DNA from: Kineococcus radiotolerans SRS30216 = ATCC BAA-149
Lineage (GTDB): Bacteria > Actinomycetota > Actinomycetes > Actinomycetales > Kineococcaceae
Reading direction: 5' to 3'
Assembly: GCF_000017305.1 (NCBI RefSeq)
Contig: NC_009664.2
Location: 120,001-152,000 of the forward strand
DNA length: 32,000 nucleotides
How positions within the stretch are numbered: the first letter of the stretch is position 1; each line of letters begins with the position of its first letter. Of the stretch, positions 7,238 to 14,970 are shown in pieces. The notes beneath the pieces were generated by a model, which made no database searches, was not told the DNA's origin, and saw only the letters and a program-made list of their open reading frames with translations. The position numbers were made by a program, and so were the translations under genes.

Positions 7238-8373
7238 GAGACCCTCTCCTCCGTCGCGGACCCCAGCCGCCTCGAGTCCTCCGCGCCCGCAGCGGGGGCG
7301 AAGACGTGGACGTTCTCCAGGGACAGGTGCAGGTCGACCACGTCGCCCTCGCGGGCCCCGGCGTCGGAGTCGGCGACGACGATGACGCGCTCGGAACCCC
7401 CCTGCGGGCCGACGTCGACGCTGAACTCCATCAGGCGGCCGAGACGCTCGGCCAGCGACACCCGGCCCCGGAAGGACAGCGTCCCGGGACCGCCCGGCCC
7501 GAGCTGCAGGTCCCGGGGCCGGATGCCGATCCGGGCGCGGCCCTCGGGCAGGTCCAGGTGCCGGGGCACCGGGACGCTGAGGTCCCCTCCCGCCCCGCGC
7601 AACGCGCCCTGCCCGGCCGTGACGTCGAACAGGTTGATCTCCGGCTGCCCGAGGGCCTTCGCGACGAACGTGTCGACGGGCCGGCGCCAGATCTCCTCCG
7701 GGGTCCCGACCTGGACCACCCGCCCCGCGCGCAGCACGGCGATGCGGTTGCCCAGGGCCAGAGCCTCCTGGTAGTCGTGCGTGACGTACAGGGACGTCGT
7801 GTTCGACATGTCCCCCAGCTGCTTCAGCTCGGCCCGCATCTGGGCGCGCAGCTTGGCGTCCAGGTGGGACAGCGGCTCGTCCAGCAGGTAGACGTCCGCG
7901 GGACGGACCAGGACCCGGCCGAGGGCGACGCGCTGGCGCTGCCCGTTGGACAGCTCCCGCGGGAACCGCTTGAGCAGGTGGTCGATCCCGAGAGTCGTGG
8001 TGACCGCCTCGATGCGCTGCTGCTGCTGCTGCGCGGTGTAGCGCCCCGTGCGACCGGAGCGCAACGGGGAGGCGAGGTTGTCGAACACCGTCTTCTGCGG
8101 GTAGAGCGCGTAGCTCTCGAACGCCATGGCGACGTTGCGGTGGTAGGGCTCGACCCCCTCCATCGACACGCCGGCGATCTCCACGTCGCCGGCCTCGACG
8201 TCGACGAGTCCGGCCACGCTCTTGAGCACGGTCGTCTTCCCCGCCCCGGAGGGACCCAGGACGACGAAGAACTCCCCGTCGCCGATGGACAGGTCGACCC
8301 CGACCAGCGCCTCGACGGCCGACTTGCCGTTCCCGTAGGTCTTGGACAGGTTCGCGATGCGCACGGTGGCCAT
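7231..8373 (-). CDS. Sugar/polyol ABC transporter ATP-binding protein (MalK/UgpC type), first ATPase
   Basis: ATG 8373-8371 gives MATVRIANLSKTYG. Walker A is GPSGAGKTT, the signature is LSNGQRQRVALGRVL, Walker B is YLLDEPLSHLD and the H-loop is VTHD. The start overlaps the permease stop (TGATG). The rest of the 560-aa track ORF is read-through into the permease gene. Confidence 0.92.
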   Translation of the reverse strand: MATVRIANLSKTYGNGKSAVEALVGVDLSIGDGEFFVVLGPSGAGKTTVLKSVAGLVDVEAGDVEIAGVSMEGVEPYHRNVAMAFESYALYPQKTVFDNLASPLRSGRTGRYTAQQQQQRIEAVTTTLGIDHLLKRFPRELSNGQRQRVALGRVLVRPADVYLLDEPLSHLDAKLRAQMRAELKQLGDMSNTTSLYVTHDYQEALALGNRIAVLRAGRVVQVGTPEEIWRRPVDTFVAKALGQPEINLFDVTAGQGALRGAGGDLSVPVPRHLDLPEGRARIGIRPRDLQLGPGGPGTLSFRGRVSLAERLGRLMEFSVDVGPQGGSERVIVVADSDAGAREGDVVDLHLSLENVHVFAPAAGAEDSRRLGSATEERVSW

Positions 8374-9257
8374 CAGGCCTTCACCGCCCCGAACGACAGG
8401 CCCCGCACGAGGTAGCGCTGGATGGTGAGTGCGAGGACGAGCGGGGGCAGCGCGCCGAGGAGGGCCGCGGCTGCCGTGAGGTTGTAGTAGGCCTGGCCGC
8501 CGCCGCCGAGGTACTTGGTGACCGCGACGGTGACCGTCGTGGCCGCGGAGTCGGTGAGGATGAGCGGGAACAGGTAGTTGTTCCAGGCGAAGATGAACGC
8601 CAGCAGCGCGGCGGCCGCGATGCCGGGGCGGACCAGCGGCAGGGCGACGGTGAGGAACGCCCGGGTGCGGGTGTACCCGTCCAGCAGCGCCGCCTGTTCC
8701 AGCTCCGGAGCCAGGTCGGTGAAGTAGGACCGGAGGATCCACACCACCAGCGGCATCGTCACCAGCTGCAGGACCCACACCATGCCCAGCTTGGTGTCGA
8801 AGATGCCCAGGGTGTTGTAGATGACGAACAGCGGGACGATCACCATCAGTTCCGGTGCGAACCGGAAGGACAGCATCTGGAACATGAGGTCCTCGGACCC
8901 ACGGAACTTCCACCGCCCCGCCGCGTAGGCGGCGGGGATGCCCACGACGAGGGACACCAGGACGGCCCCCGCGCAGTTCAGGACGCTGGTGAGCAGAGCC
9001 TGCCCGAAGTCGACGCTGGTGAGGTCCTCCCCGCGCTGGGACAGGACCGTCCCGAAGTTCGCCATCGTCGGGGAGAACTGGAAGTAGGTCGAGGTCTGCT
9101 GAGCGTCGTTCTTCAGCGCCAGCAGGACCATCCAGAGCAGCGGGAAGAGCGAGAAGACGAACCAGGCGAGGATGGCCAGGTCGGCGACCACCGAGCCGGG
9201 GGTGATCCGCTTCTGCCCGGGGGTCAGTTCCCGGGCGAAGCGCGACGTGATCGCCAT
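8373..9257 (-). CDS. Carbohydrate ABC transporter permease (MalG-like, CUT1)
   Basis: ATG 9257 gives MAITSRFAREL and lies 1 nt after the upstream permease stop (9259). There are six hydrophobic segments. The EAA-type loop reads LEQAALLDGYTRTRAFLTVALPLVRPG. Confidence 0.9.
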   Translation of the reverse strand: MAITSRFARELTPGQKRITPGSVVADLAILAWFVFSLFPLLWMVLLALKNDAQQTSTYFQFSPTMANFGTVLSQRGEDLTSVDFGQALLTSVLNCAGAVLVSLVVGIPAAYAAGRWKFRGSEDLMFQMLSFRFAPELMVIVPLFVIYNTLGIFDTKLGMVWVLQLVTMPLVVWILRSYFTDLAPELEQAALLDGYTRTRAFLTVALPLVRPGIAAAALLAFIFAWNNYLFPLILTDSAATTVTVAVTKYLGGGGQAYYNLTAAAALLGALPPLVLALTIQRYLVRGLSFGAVKA

Positions 9258-9258
9258 G

Positions 9259-10206
9259 TCAGGCCCCCGATCCCGCAGCACGACGCTGCGCCTTGCCGAG
9301 CACGCTCACGAGGTAGCGCGCGGTGATGAACACGATGATCCACAGCAGGAACATGTACGTGCTGCCGCGGGAGTAGTTCAGGTTGGTGATGGAGTCCTCG
9401 AACGCGCCGATCTGCAGGGTCGTCGTCGTGACCCCGGGGCCGCCGGCGGTCAGGACGTAGACGGCGTCGAAGACCTTCAGGCAGTCCATGAACCGGAAGA
9501 TGACCGCGACCAGGATGTAGGGCCACATCATCGGCAGCATGAGGCGGCGGAACATGTAGAACCAGCTCGCCCCGTCGACGTCGGAGGCCTCGAACGGCTC
9601 CTTGGGCAGGGACCGGATGCCGGCCAGGACGAGGATCGCCACGAACGGCGTGTAGATCCACACGTCGACGAGGATGGTCGACGCCAGCGCCCGGTCCTTG
9701 CTCAACCAGTCGAAGGTGGACCCGAGCCCGAGCACGTGGTTGAGGACACCGAACTGCGGGTTGAACATGAGCTTCCAGATGACCCCCGCGATGACCGGGG
9801 CGATCATCAGGGGCAGGATGAGGAGCCGTTCGAACGTCTTGCCGATGAGCGTCGAGCGGTTCAGGAGCAGAGCGATCGCCACCCCCAGCACCGTCTCCAG
9901 ACCCGTCGCCGCCACGGCGTACAGCAGTGTCGTCCCGGCGCTGCGCCAGAAGAGCTGGTCGCCCAGGACGCTGCGGTAGTTGTCGAGGCCGACGAACTGC
10001 GGCGACGGGTTCGTCGCCGCGTAGTCCAGCACGGTGTAGTACACGCCGTAGAAGAACGCGTACAGGATCCCGATGATCAGCAGGACGGCCGGCACCGACA
10101 GCAGGTACGGGCGGAGCCTGCGCCGCCACGCGGGCACCCGGCGCACGTTCCCGGGCGCCCGCCCGGTCTCCTTCGAGGGCGTGCGGCCGCCGACGGTGGT
10201 CGCCAC
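9259..10206 (-). CDS. Carbohydrate ABC transporter permease (MalF-like, CUT1)
   Basis: GTG 10206 is preceded by AGGGAGGAGGAG. The EAA loop reads PFEASDVDGASWFYMFRRLMLPMM. The protein is multi-pass hydrophobic. Confidence 0.9.
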   Translation of the reverse strand: MATTVGGRTPSKETGRAPGNVRRVPAWRRRLRPYLLSVPAVLLIIGILYAFFYGVYYTVLDYAATNPSPQFVGLDNYRSVLGDQLFWRSAGTTLLYAVAATGLETVLGVAIALLLNRSTLIGKTFERLLILPLMIAPVIAGVIWKLMFNPQFGVLNHVLGLGSTFDWLSKDRALASTILVDVWIYTPFVAILVLAGIRSLPKEPFEASDVDGASWFYMFRRLMLPMMWPYILVAVIFRFMDCLKVFDAVYVLTAGGPGVTTTTLQIGAFEDSITNLNYSRGSTYMFLLWIIVFITARYLVSVLGKAQRRAAGSGA

Positions 10207-10236
10207 GGCTCCTCCTCCCTTGCTCCGACCCGGGGG

Positions 10237-11679
10237 TCAGGCGTTGATCTTGGTGGTGTTGGCCTCGGCGAGTTCGTCCAGGCGCGACTTCGCGTCCGCT
10301 CCGGAGTAGATGTCCTGCAGCGCGACGGCCCAGTCCTCGGTCGTCTCGAAGAACTTCGTCTGCGGGGTGAACTGGATCTTGGTGGAGTCGATGACCTTCT
10401 CGAAGGTCTCCAGGTAGCCGGGGAAGCCACCCAGGGTCTGCTTGAAGGAGCCGTCGAAGACGGAGGCGCGGACCGGGTCGGCGAACGTGGAGGCGGTGGC
10501 CTTGTTCATCGCGTCCTTGCCGGTCGCCCACTGGATGAACATCCAGGCGGCCTGCTTCTTCTTCGACGCCGCGTTCATGGCCAGCGACCAGGTCCACAGG
10601 TTCGTGGCGTAGCTGCCGTCGGGTCCCGCGGGGCCCGGGTACCAGGCGAGGTTCCCGGCCTGGGCACTGGCGCCGGCCTTCTGCTTGGGGTAGGTCGCAC
10701 TGTCGGCGTCGTAGACCATCATGGCGTTGCCGTTGCCCAGGTCCCCGGTGCACTGCGGGTAGTCGTAGGTGGTCCAGGACGTGGGGCCCGCGTTCCTGGC
10801 CAGGTCGACCCACTTCTTCGTGAAGTCCACAGCCTTCTCGGAGTTCATGGCCGCGGTGTAGGTGGTGCCCTCGGCGGTGTAGTCCTTCGCGCCTTCGCGG
10901 GTGAACTGGGTCATGAAACCCGGGTGGATCGTCGCCCAGGACTTCGATCCGCGGAAGGCGACGCCGTAGCGGTTCTGCGAGCGGTCGGTGAGGTCGGTCG
11001 CCAGCTGGATGAAGTCGTCGAAGGTGTCCGGCAGGGCGATGCCCCGAGCGTCGAACTCCTTCTTGTTGTAGGCGACGACGTTCGTCTCGAAGCCCCACGG
11101 GATGGCCCACTGCCCGCCGGTGCCCAGCTCGGAGCCCTTCTCGAAGTCCCAGCGCGTGGAGGTGCGCAGGCCCTCGTAGATGTCTTCGAAGTCGTAGTCG
11201 GGGTTGGTGGCCGCGGAGTTCTCGATCCAGGGAGTGAGGTCCTCCATCCAGCCGGGGGGACCGTACTGCCAGATGAAGTAGGCCCCGGTCATGAAGACGT
11301 CGTGGGCGCCGGTCTTGCCGGCCAGCTCGGTGTTGAGCTTGGTGAAGTAGTCGGCCTCGGCGACGAGGTCGGCCTGCACCTCGATGCCGGTGAGCTCGGT
11401 GAACTCCTTCAGCAGCGGCTGGAACGCCTGCTGGTAGGGGTGCGGCGTCTGCAGGATCTTGATGCTCTCGCCCTGGAGGGCCTTCCAGTCGAAGGACCCG
11501 GTGACCTCGCCCGCGCCGTTGGCGCTGCCCTCCTCACCACCGCCTCCGCCGGTGCCGACCCCGCACCCGTACAGCATCGGGACGGTGGCCGCGCCGCCCA
11601 TCGCGGCCAGCACCGACCGGCGGGTGACCTTCTTCTTCGGGACGTGCAGTCCGCTCTCGGACCGGGTGAACTCGTTCAT
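10237..11679 (-). CDS. Extracellular solute-binding protein (family 1), Tat-signal lipoprotein
   Basis: ATG 11679 gives MNEFTRS... and lies 9 nt after GGAG. A twin-arginine motif (TRRSVLAAM) is followed by a lipobox (LYGC) and a Gly-rich linker. The body is typical of CUT1 sugar or polyol binding proteins. Confidence 0.9.
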   Translation of the reverse strand: MNEFTRSESGLHVPKKKVTRRSVLAAMGGAATVPMLYGCGVGTGGGGGEEGSANGAGEVTGSFDWKALQGESIKILQTPHPYQQAFQPLLKEFTELTGIEVQADLVAEADYFTKLNTELAGKTGAHDVFMTGAYFIWQYGPPGWMEDLTPWIENSAATNPDYDFEDIYEGLRTSTRWDFEKGSELGTGGQWAIPWGFETNVVAYNKKEFDARGIALPDTFDDFIQLATDLTDRSQNRYGVAFRGSKSWATIHPGFMTQFTREGAKDYTAEGTTYTAAMNSEKAVDFTKKWVDLARNAGPTSWTTYDYPQCTGDLGNGNAMMVYDADSATYPKQKAGASAQAGNLAWYPGPAGPDGSYATNLWTWSLAMNAASKKKQAAWMFIQWATGKDAMNKATASTFADPVRASVFDGSFKQTLGGFPGYLETFEKVIDSTKIQFTPQTKFFETTEDWAVALQDIYSGADAKSRLDELAEANTTKINA

Positions 11680-11757
11680 GGCTGACGCTCCATCGCTCGG
11701 GAGGGAAGGGGGTGCCGTCCCCAGGACCACTGGTCGTGGGGTGCCGGGTGCGAACGG

Positions 11758-12849
11758 TCAGGGGATGAGGGAGACCTTGACGGAGTTGGCGGAGTCGGCG
11801 ACGAGGTCCAGGCCCTCCTGGAACCGGGCCAGCGGCAGCTGGTGCGAGCAGATCTCGTCCAGCGGGAGTCGCCCGGAGGCGATGAGCCGCAGCGCGGCCG
11901 GCCAGGTGTTCTGCCCCAGGTGGGCCCCCAGGACGTTGAGCTCCTTGTCGTCGGAGATGATGGACCAGTCCACCGTCACCGGGTCCTTGAAGACCGAGTA
12001 CTCCACGAAGGTCCCCAGCTTTCGCAACAGGTTCAGGCCCTGCGCCACCGCCGACGGGTGACCGGTGCCCTCGATGTAGACGTCGGCGCCGTAGCCTCCG
12101 GTGAGCTTCTTCACCTCCTCGACGACGTCGACCTCGGTGATGTTCAACGTGACGTCGGCGCCGCACTTCCGGGCCAGTTCCAGCTTCTGCGGCAACGCGT
12201 CCAGGGCGATGATGCGCTGGGGGAACTTGGCCGCAGCACCGGCGATCATCCCCAGGCCGATCGGCCCGCAGCCGGCGACGACGACGGTGTCGCCGAAGCG
12301 GATGTCGGCGCGTTCCACCGCGTGGAGCGCGCAGGACAGCGGTTCGGCGTAGGCGACCTGCCACGGCGGGAGGTCGTCGGGGGCCTTGTGGACCAGGGCC
12401 TCCTTCGGCAGGACGAGGTACTCGGCCATGGCGCCGGGGGTGCGGCGCTTGAAGCCGAACATGTCGTGCGGCTGGCACATGTGGTAGTCACCGCGGTTGC
12501 AGTAGCGGCAGTTCCAGCACGGCACGATCTGCTCGGCGACGATGCGATCGCCCACGACGACGCCCCAGCGCTCGGAGGCCTCCTCGTCGATCTCGGCGAT
12601 GCGGCCGGTGAACTCGTGACCCGGGACGGTGTCCGTCTCGGCCCAGGCGGGCCGGTTCTCGTCGCCCCAGAACTTCGCGGCGCCGTGGTAGCACTTCAGG
12701 TCGCTCGCGCAGATGCCCACGGCCTCGACCTTGAGCAGCGCCTCGCCCGGACCCGCCACGGGCACGGGTACCTCCTCGAGCCGGTAGTCGTGCGGGCCGT
12801 GGACGATCACGGCCTGCATGGTCTTCCCTGTGGTCTGCGTCTCTGCCAT
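11758..12849 (-). CDS. Zn-dependent polyol dehydrogenase (MDR family; sorbitol/xylitol/erythritol-threitol dehydrogenase-like)
   Basis: ATG 12849 gives MAETQTTGK and is preceded by AAGGAG. The catalytic Zn motif is GICASDLKCYHG...PGHEF. The structural Zn cysteines are CWNCRYCNRGDYHMC. The NAD fold reads VVAGCGPIGLG. Confidence 0.9.
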   Translation of the reverse strand: MAETQTTGKTMQAVIVHGPHDYRLEEVPVPVAGPGEALLKVEAVGICASDLKCYHGAAKFWGDENRPAWAETDTVPGHEFTGRIAEIDEEASERWGVVVGDRIVAEQIVPCWNCRYCNRGDYHMCQPHDMFGFKRRTPGAMAEYLVLPKEALVHKAPDDLPPWQVAYAEPLSCALHAVERADIRFGDTVVVAGCGPIGLGMIAGAAAKFPQRIIALDALPQKLELARKCGADVTLNITEVDVVEEVKKLTGGYGADVYIEGTGHPSAVAQGLNLLRKLGTFVEYSVFKDPVTVDWSIISDDKELNVLGAHLGQNTWPAALRLIASGRLPLDEICSHQLPLARFQEGLDLVADSANSVKVSLIP

Positions 12850-12909
12850 GGACTGCTCCTTCGCAGCGCGGTCGGGCCGGCGCCCGGCGCAGAAGAGTGT
12901 GTGAGGTGC

Positions 12910-12935
12910 GCTCACCGACGACCTCGTCGGTGAGC
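12910..12935. promoter_or_regulatory. 26-bp near-perfect palindrome in the divergent ADH-operon / SorC intergenic region (operator or 5'-UTR hairpin)
   Basis: GCTCACCGACGA-CC-TCGTCGGTGAGC has 12-bp perfect arms. It lies 61-86 nt upstream of the ADH ATG (12849). Confidence 0.45.
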
Positions 12936-12993
12936 AGTCGTCCGAGCCCACGGCCACCGGCCTTCCCGGTGACCCTCTTCCGTGGTCTTCCGA

Positions 12994-13023
12994 ACGCTAG
13001 GACCTGTGCGGCACACTTGTCCA
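12994..13023 (-). promoter_or_regulatory. Candidate promoter of the polyol dehydrogenase/ABC operon
   Basis: On the minus strand: TGGACA (13023-13018), an 18-nt spacer, then TAGCGT (12999-12994), which fits the TANNNT -10. It sits in the lowest-GC part of the intergenic region. Confidence 0.3.
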
Positions 13024-13103
13024 GCACATGCGTGCAACGATCTGGTGACCGACCCGGCGATGGAGCCGCGCGGCCCGCAGCGGCACGCGCGAAAGGAGTG
13101 CAG

Positions 13104-14051
13104 GTGGTCAACCCCGAGCGGTTCCCGCTGGCGCTGGCGCACACCGCGGCGACCCTCTACTACCTGCAGGACGCCACCCAGGCGGAGATCGCCGAGCGCA
13201 TCGGCACCTCCCGCGCCACCGTCAGCCGCCTGTTGCGCGAGGCCCGCGAGCGCGGCCTGGTCCGCATCGAGGTGCCCCCCCTGCCGGTCGACAGCCCGGG
13301 CGACCTGGCCGACCGGGTGCGCGCTGCCCTGGGCCTGCAGCAGGTGTCGCTGTGCCCGAGCACGGGGGCCGCGCACGTCGCCGAGGCCGTCTCCCCCGTC
13401 GTCGTCGCGCTCCTGGAGGGCCTGGGCCTGGAACCGGGGGACGTGCTGCTGGTGTCGTCGGGTCGCACCGTCTACGAGATCGCCCAGCGCGAGCTGCCGC
13501 GGCTGCCGGGCGTCCTGGTCGCCCCGATGGTCGGCGGGCAGGACGAGCCGGAGGCCTGGTACCAGACGAACGAGATCACCCGGCGGATCGCGGTCGGCGT
13601 CGGCGGGACACCGAGGTTCCTCTACGCCCCGGCGTTCCCGGGCCACCGCCTGCGCCACAGCCTCGCCGAGGACGCGGAGTTCCAGCGGTTCACGAAGCTG
13701 TGGAGCGACGCCCGGTGCGCCCTGATGGGCATCGGCGCGCCCCCGCTGCAACGGGAGTCCATCCCCGGCTTCGTCCCGACGGAGCAGGCACCGCTGGCCA
13801 CGGCCGTCGGCGACGTGGCCTCGCGCTTCTACGACGCCACGGGCACGGAGGTCTCCTACGAGGGGGCCGACCGCCTCATCGCGATCCCGCTGGAGGTGCT
13901 GCGCCGGGTCCCGGTCCGGATCGCCGTCGCCTACGGCGCCCAGAAGATCCCCAGCATCGTCGCGGGCGCGCGCGGTGGGCACTTCAGCCACCTCGTCATC
14001 GACCCCGCGACGGCCACCGCGCTGCTCTCGACCCTGGAGGACGACCTGTGA
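13104..14051 (+). CDS. SorC-family transcriptional regulator (HTH plus sugar-phosphate-binding domain)
   Basis: GTG 13104 lies 6 nt after AAAGGAG (13092-13098). The HTH reads LYYLQDATQAEIAERIGTSRATVSRLLREARERGLVRI. A SorC/DeoR-type C-terminal sugar-binding domain is present. Confidence 0.88.
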   Translation: MVNPERFPLALAHTAATLYYLQDATQAEIAERIGTSRATVSRLLREARERGLVRIEVPPLPVDSPGDLADRVRAALGLQQVSLCPSTGAAHVAEAVSPVVVALLEGLGLEPGDVLLVSSGRTVYEIAQRELPRLPGVLVAPMVGGQDEPEAWYQTNEITRRIAVGVGGTPRFLYAPAFPGHRLRHSLAEDAEFQRFTKLWSDARCALMGIGAPPLQRESIPGFVPTEQAPLATAVGDVASRFYDATGTEVSYEGADRLIAIPLEVLRRVPVRIAVAYGAQKIPSIVAGARGGHFSHLVIDPATATALLSTLEDDL

Positions 14052-14827
14052 ACCCGGACCCGATCGCGGACCCCTTCGACCTGACCGGCCGCCGCGCGCT
14101 GGTCACCGGCGCGACGCAGGGGATCGGCACCGACATCGCGCGCACCCTGGCCGGCGCCGGCTGCGACCTCGTGCTCACCGCCCGGGACCGCGAGGGCCTG
14201 GCGGCCCTGGCCCGTTCGGTGCGGGCCGACCACGGGGTCCGGGTGGAGGTCGTGCCCGCCGACCTCGCCGACGCCGCCGAGACCGAGGCCCTGGCGGCCT
14301 CGGCGCTGGCTGCGTTCGACGGGCTCGACGTCCTGGTCAACAACGCCGGGATCTCGGTGCCCCAGCGCGTGGTGGACGTCGACGCCACGACGTGGGACCT
14401 GGTGCTGGCGGTGAACCTGCGAGCCCCGGCGCTGCTGGGTTCGCGGATCGGGCGGGCGATGGCGCAGGCGGGGCGGGGCAGCATCGTCAACGTGTCCTCC
14501 GTCGCCGGTTCGCTGGCGCTGGCCGAGCACTTCTCCTACTGCGCGAGCAAGGCCGCGCTGATCATGGCGACGAAGGTGCTCGCCCTCGAACTGGGTCCCT
14601 CCGGTGTCCGCGCGAACTGCGTGAGCCCCACGGTGGTCATGACGGAGATGGGTCAGCGGGTGTGGGGCGAGGAGGCGAAGGCGGCGCCGTTGGTGGCACG
14701 GATCCCGCTGGGGCACTTCGCCCGACCCGCCGACGTCAGTCACGCCGTGCTGTTCCTGGCCGCTGACGCCTCGGCCATGGTGAACGGGGTGGACCTGAAG
14801 ATCGACGGCGGGTTCTCCGTCGCCTGA
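14048..14827 (+). CDS. Short-chain dehydrogenase/reductase, L-xylulose reductase (DCXR)-like
   Basis: GTG 14048 overlaps the SorC stop (GTGA). Motifs: TGATQGIG, NNAG and S..YCASK (YxxxK). The stretch ALELGPSGVRANCVSPTVVMTEMGQRVW....RIPLGHFA closely resembles the DCXR/L-xylulose reductase family as I remember it. Confidence 0.88.
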   Translation: MNPDPIADPFDLTGRRALVTGATQGIGTDIARTLAGAGCDLVLTARDREGLAALARSVRADHGVRVEVVPADLADAAETEALAASALAAFDGLDVLVNNAGISVPQRVVDVDATTWDLVLAVNLRAPALLGSRIGRAMAQAGRGSIVNVSSVAGSLALAEHFSYCASKAALIMATKVLALELGPSGVRANCVSPTVVMTEMGQRVWGEEAKAAPLVARIPLGHFARPADVSHAVLFLAADASAMVNGVDLKIDGGFSVA

Positions 14828-14970
14828 CGGCCGGTTCCAGACCGTCGAGCGGCCGCGGTCCGCTGCGCCAAGGGGTCGGAGCGGGCCGAGAGGACCTCCA
14901 GCGCGCCGACGACCTGCCCGCCTCCCCGGTCCCCCGTCCACCGGGCGCCCCGTCGAGGGCTCCGGGCACG

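Noticed and set aside
8017-8031. (CTG)5 / (CAG)5 run encoding QQQQQ inside the first ABC ATPase.
   Set aside because: It is a short in-frame trinucleotide run in a variable helical-subdomain linker. It is too short to argue for phase variation, and nothing around it is unusual.
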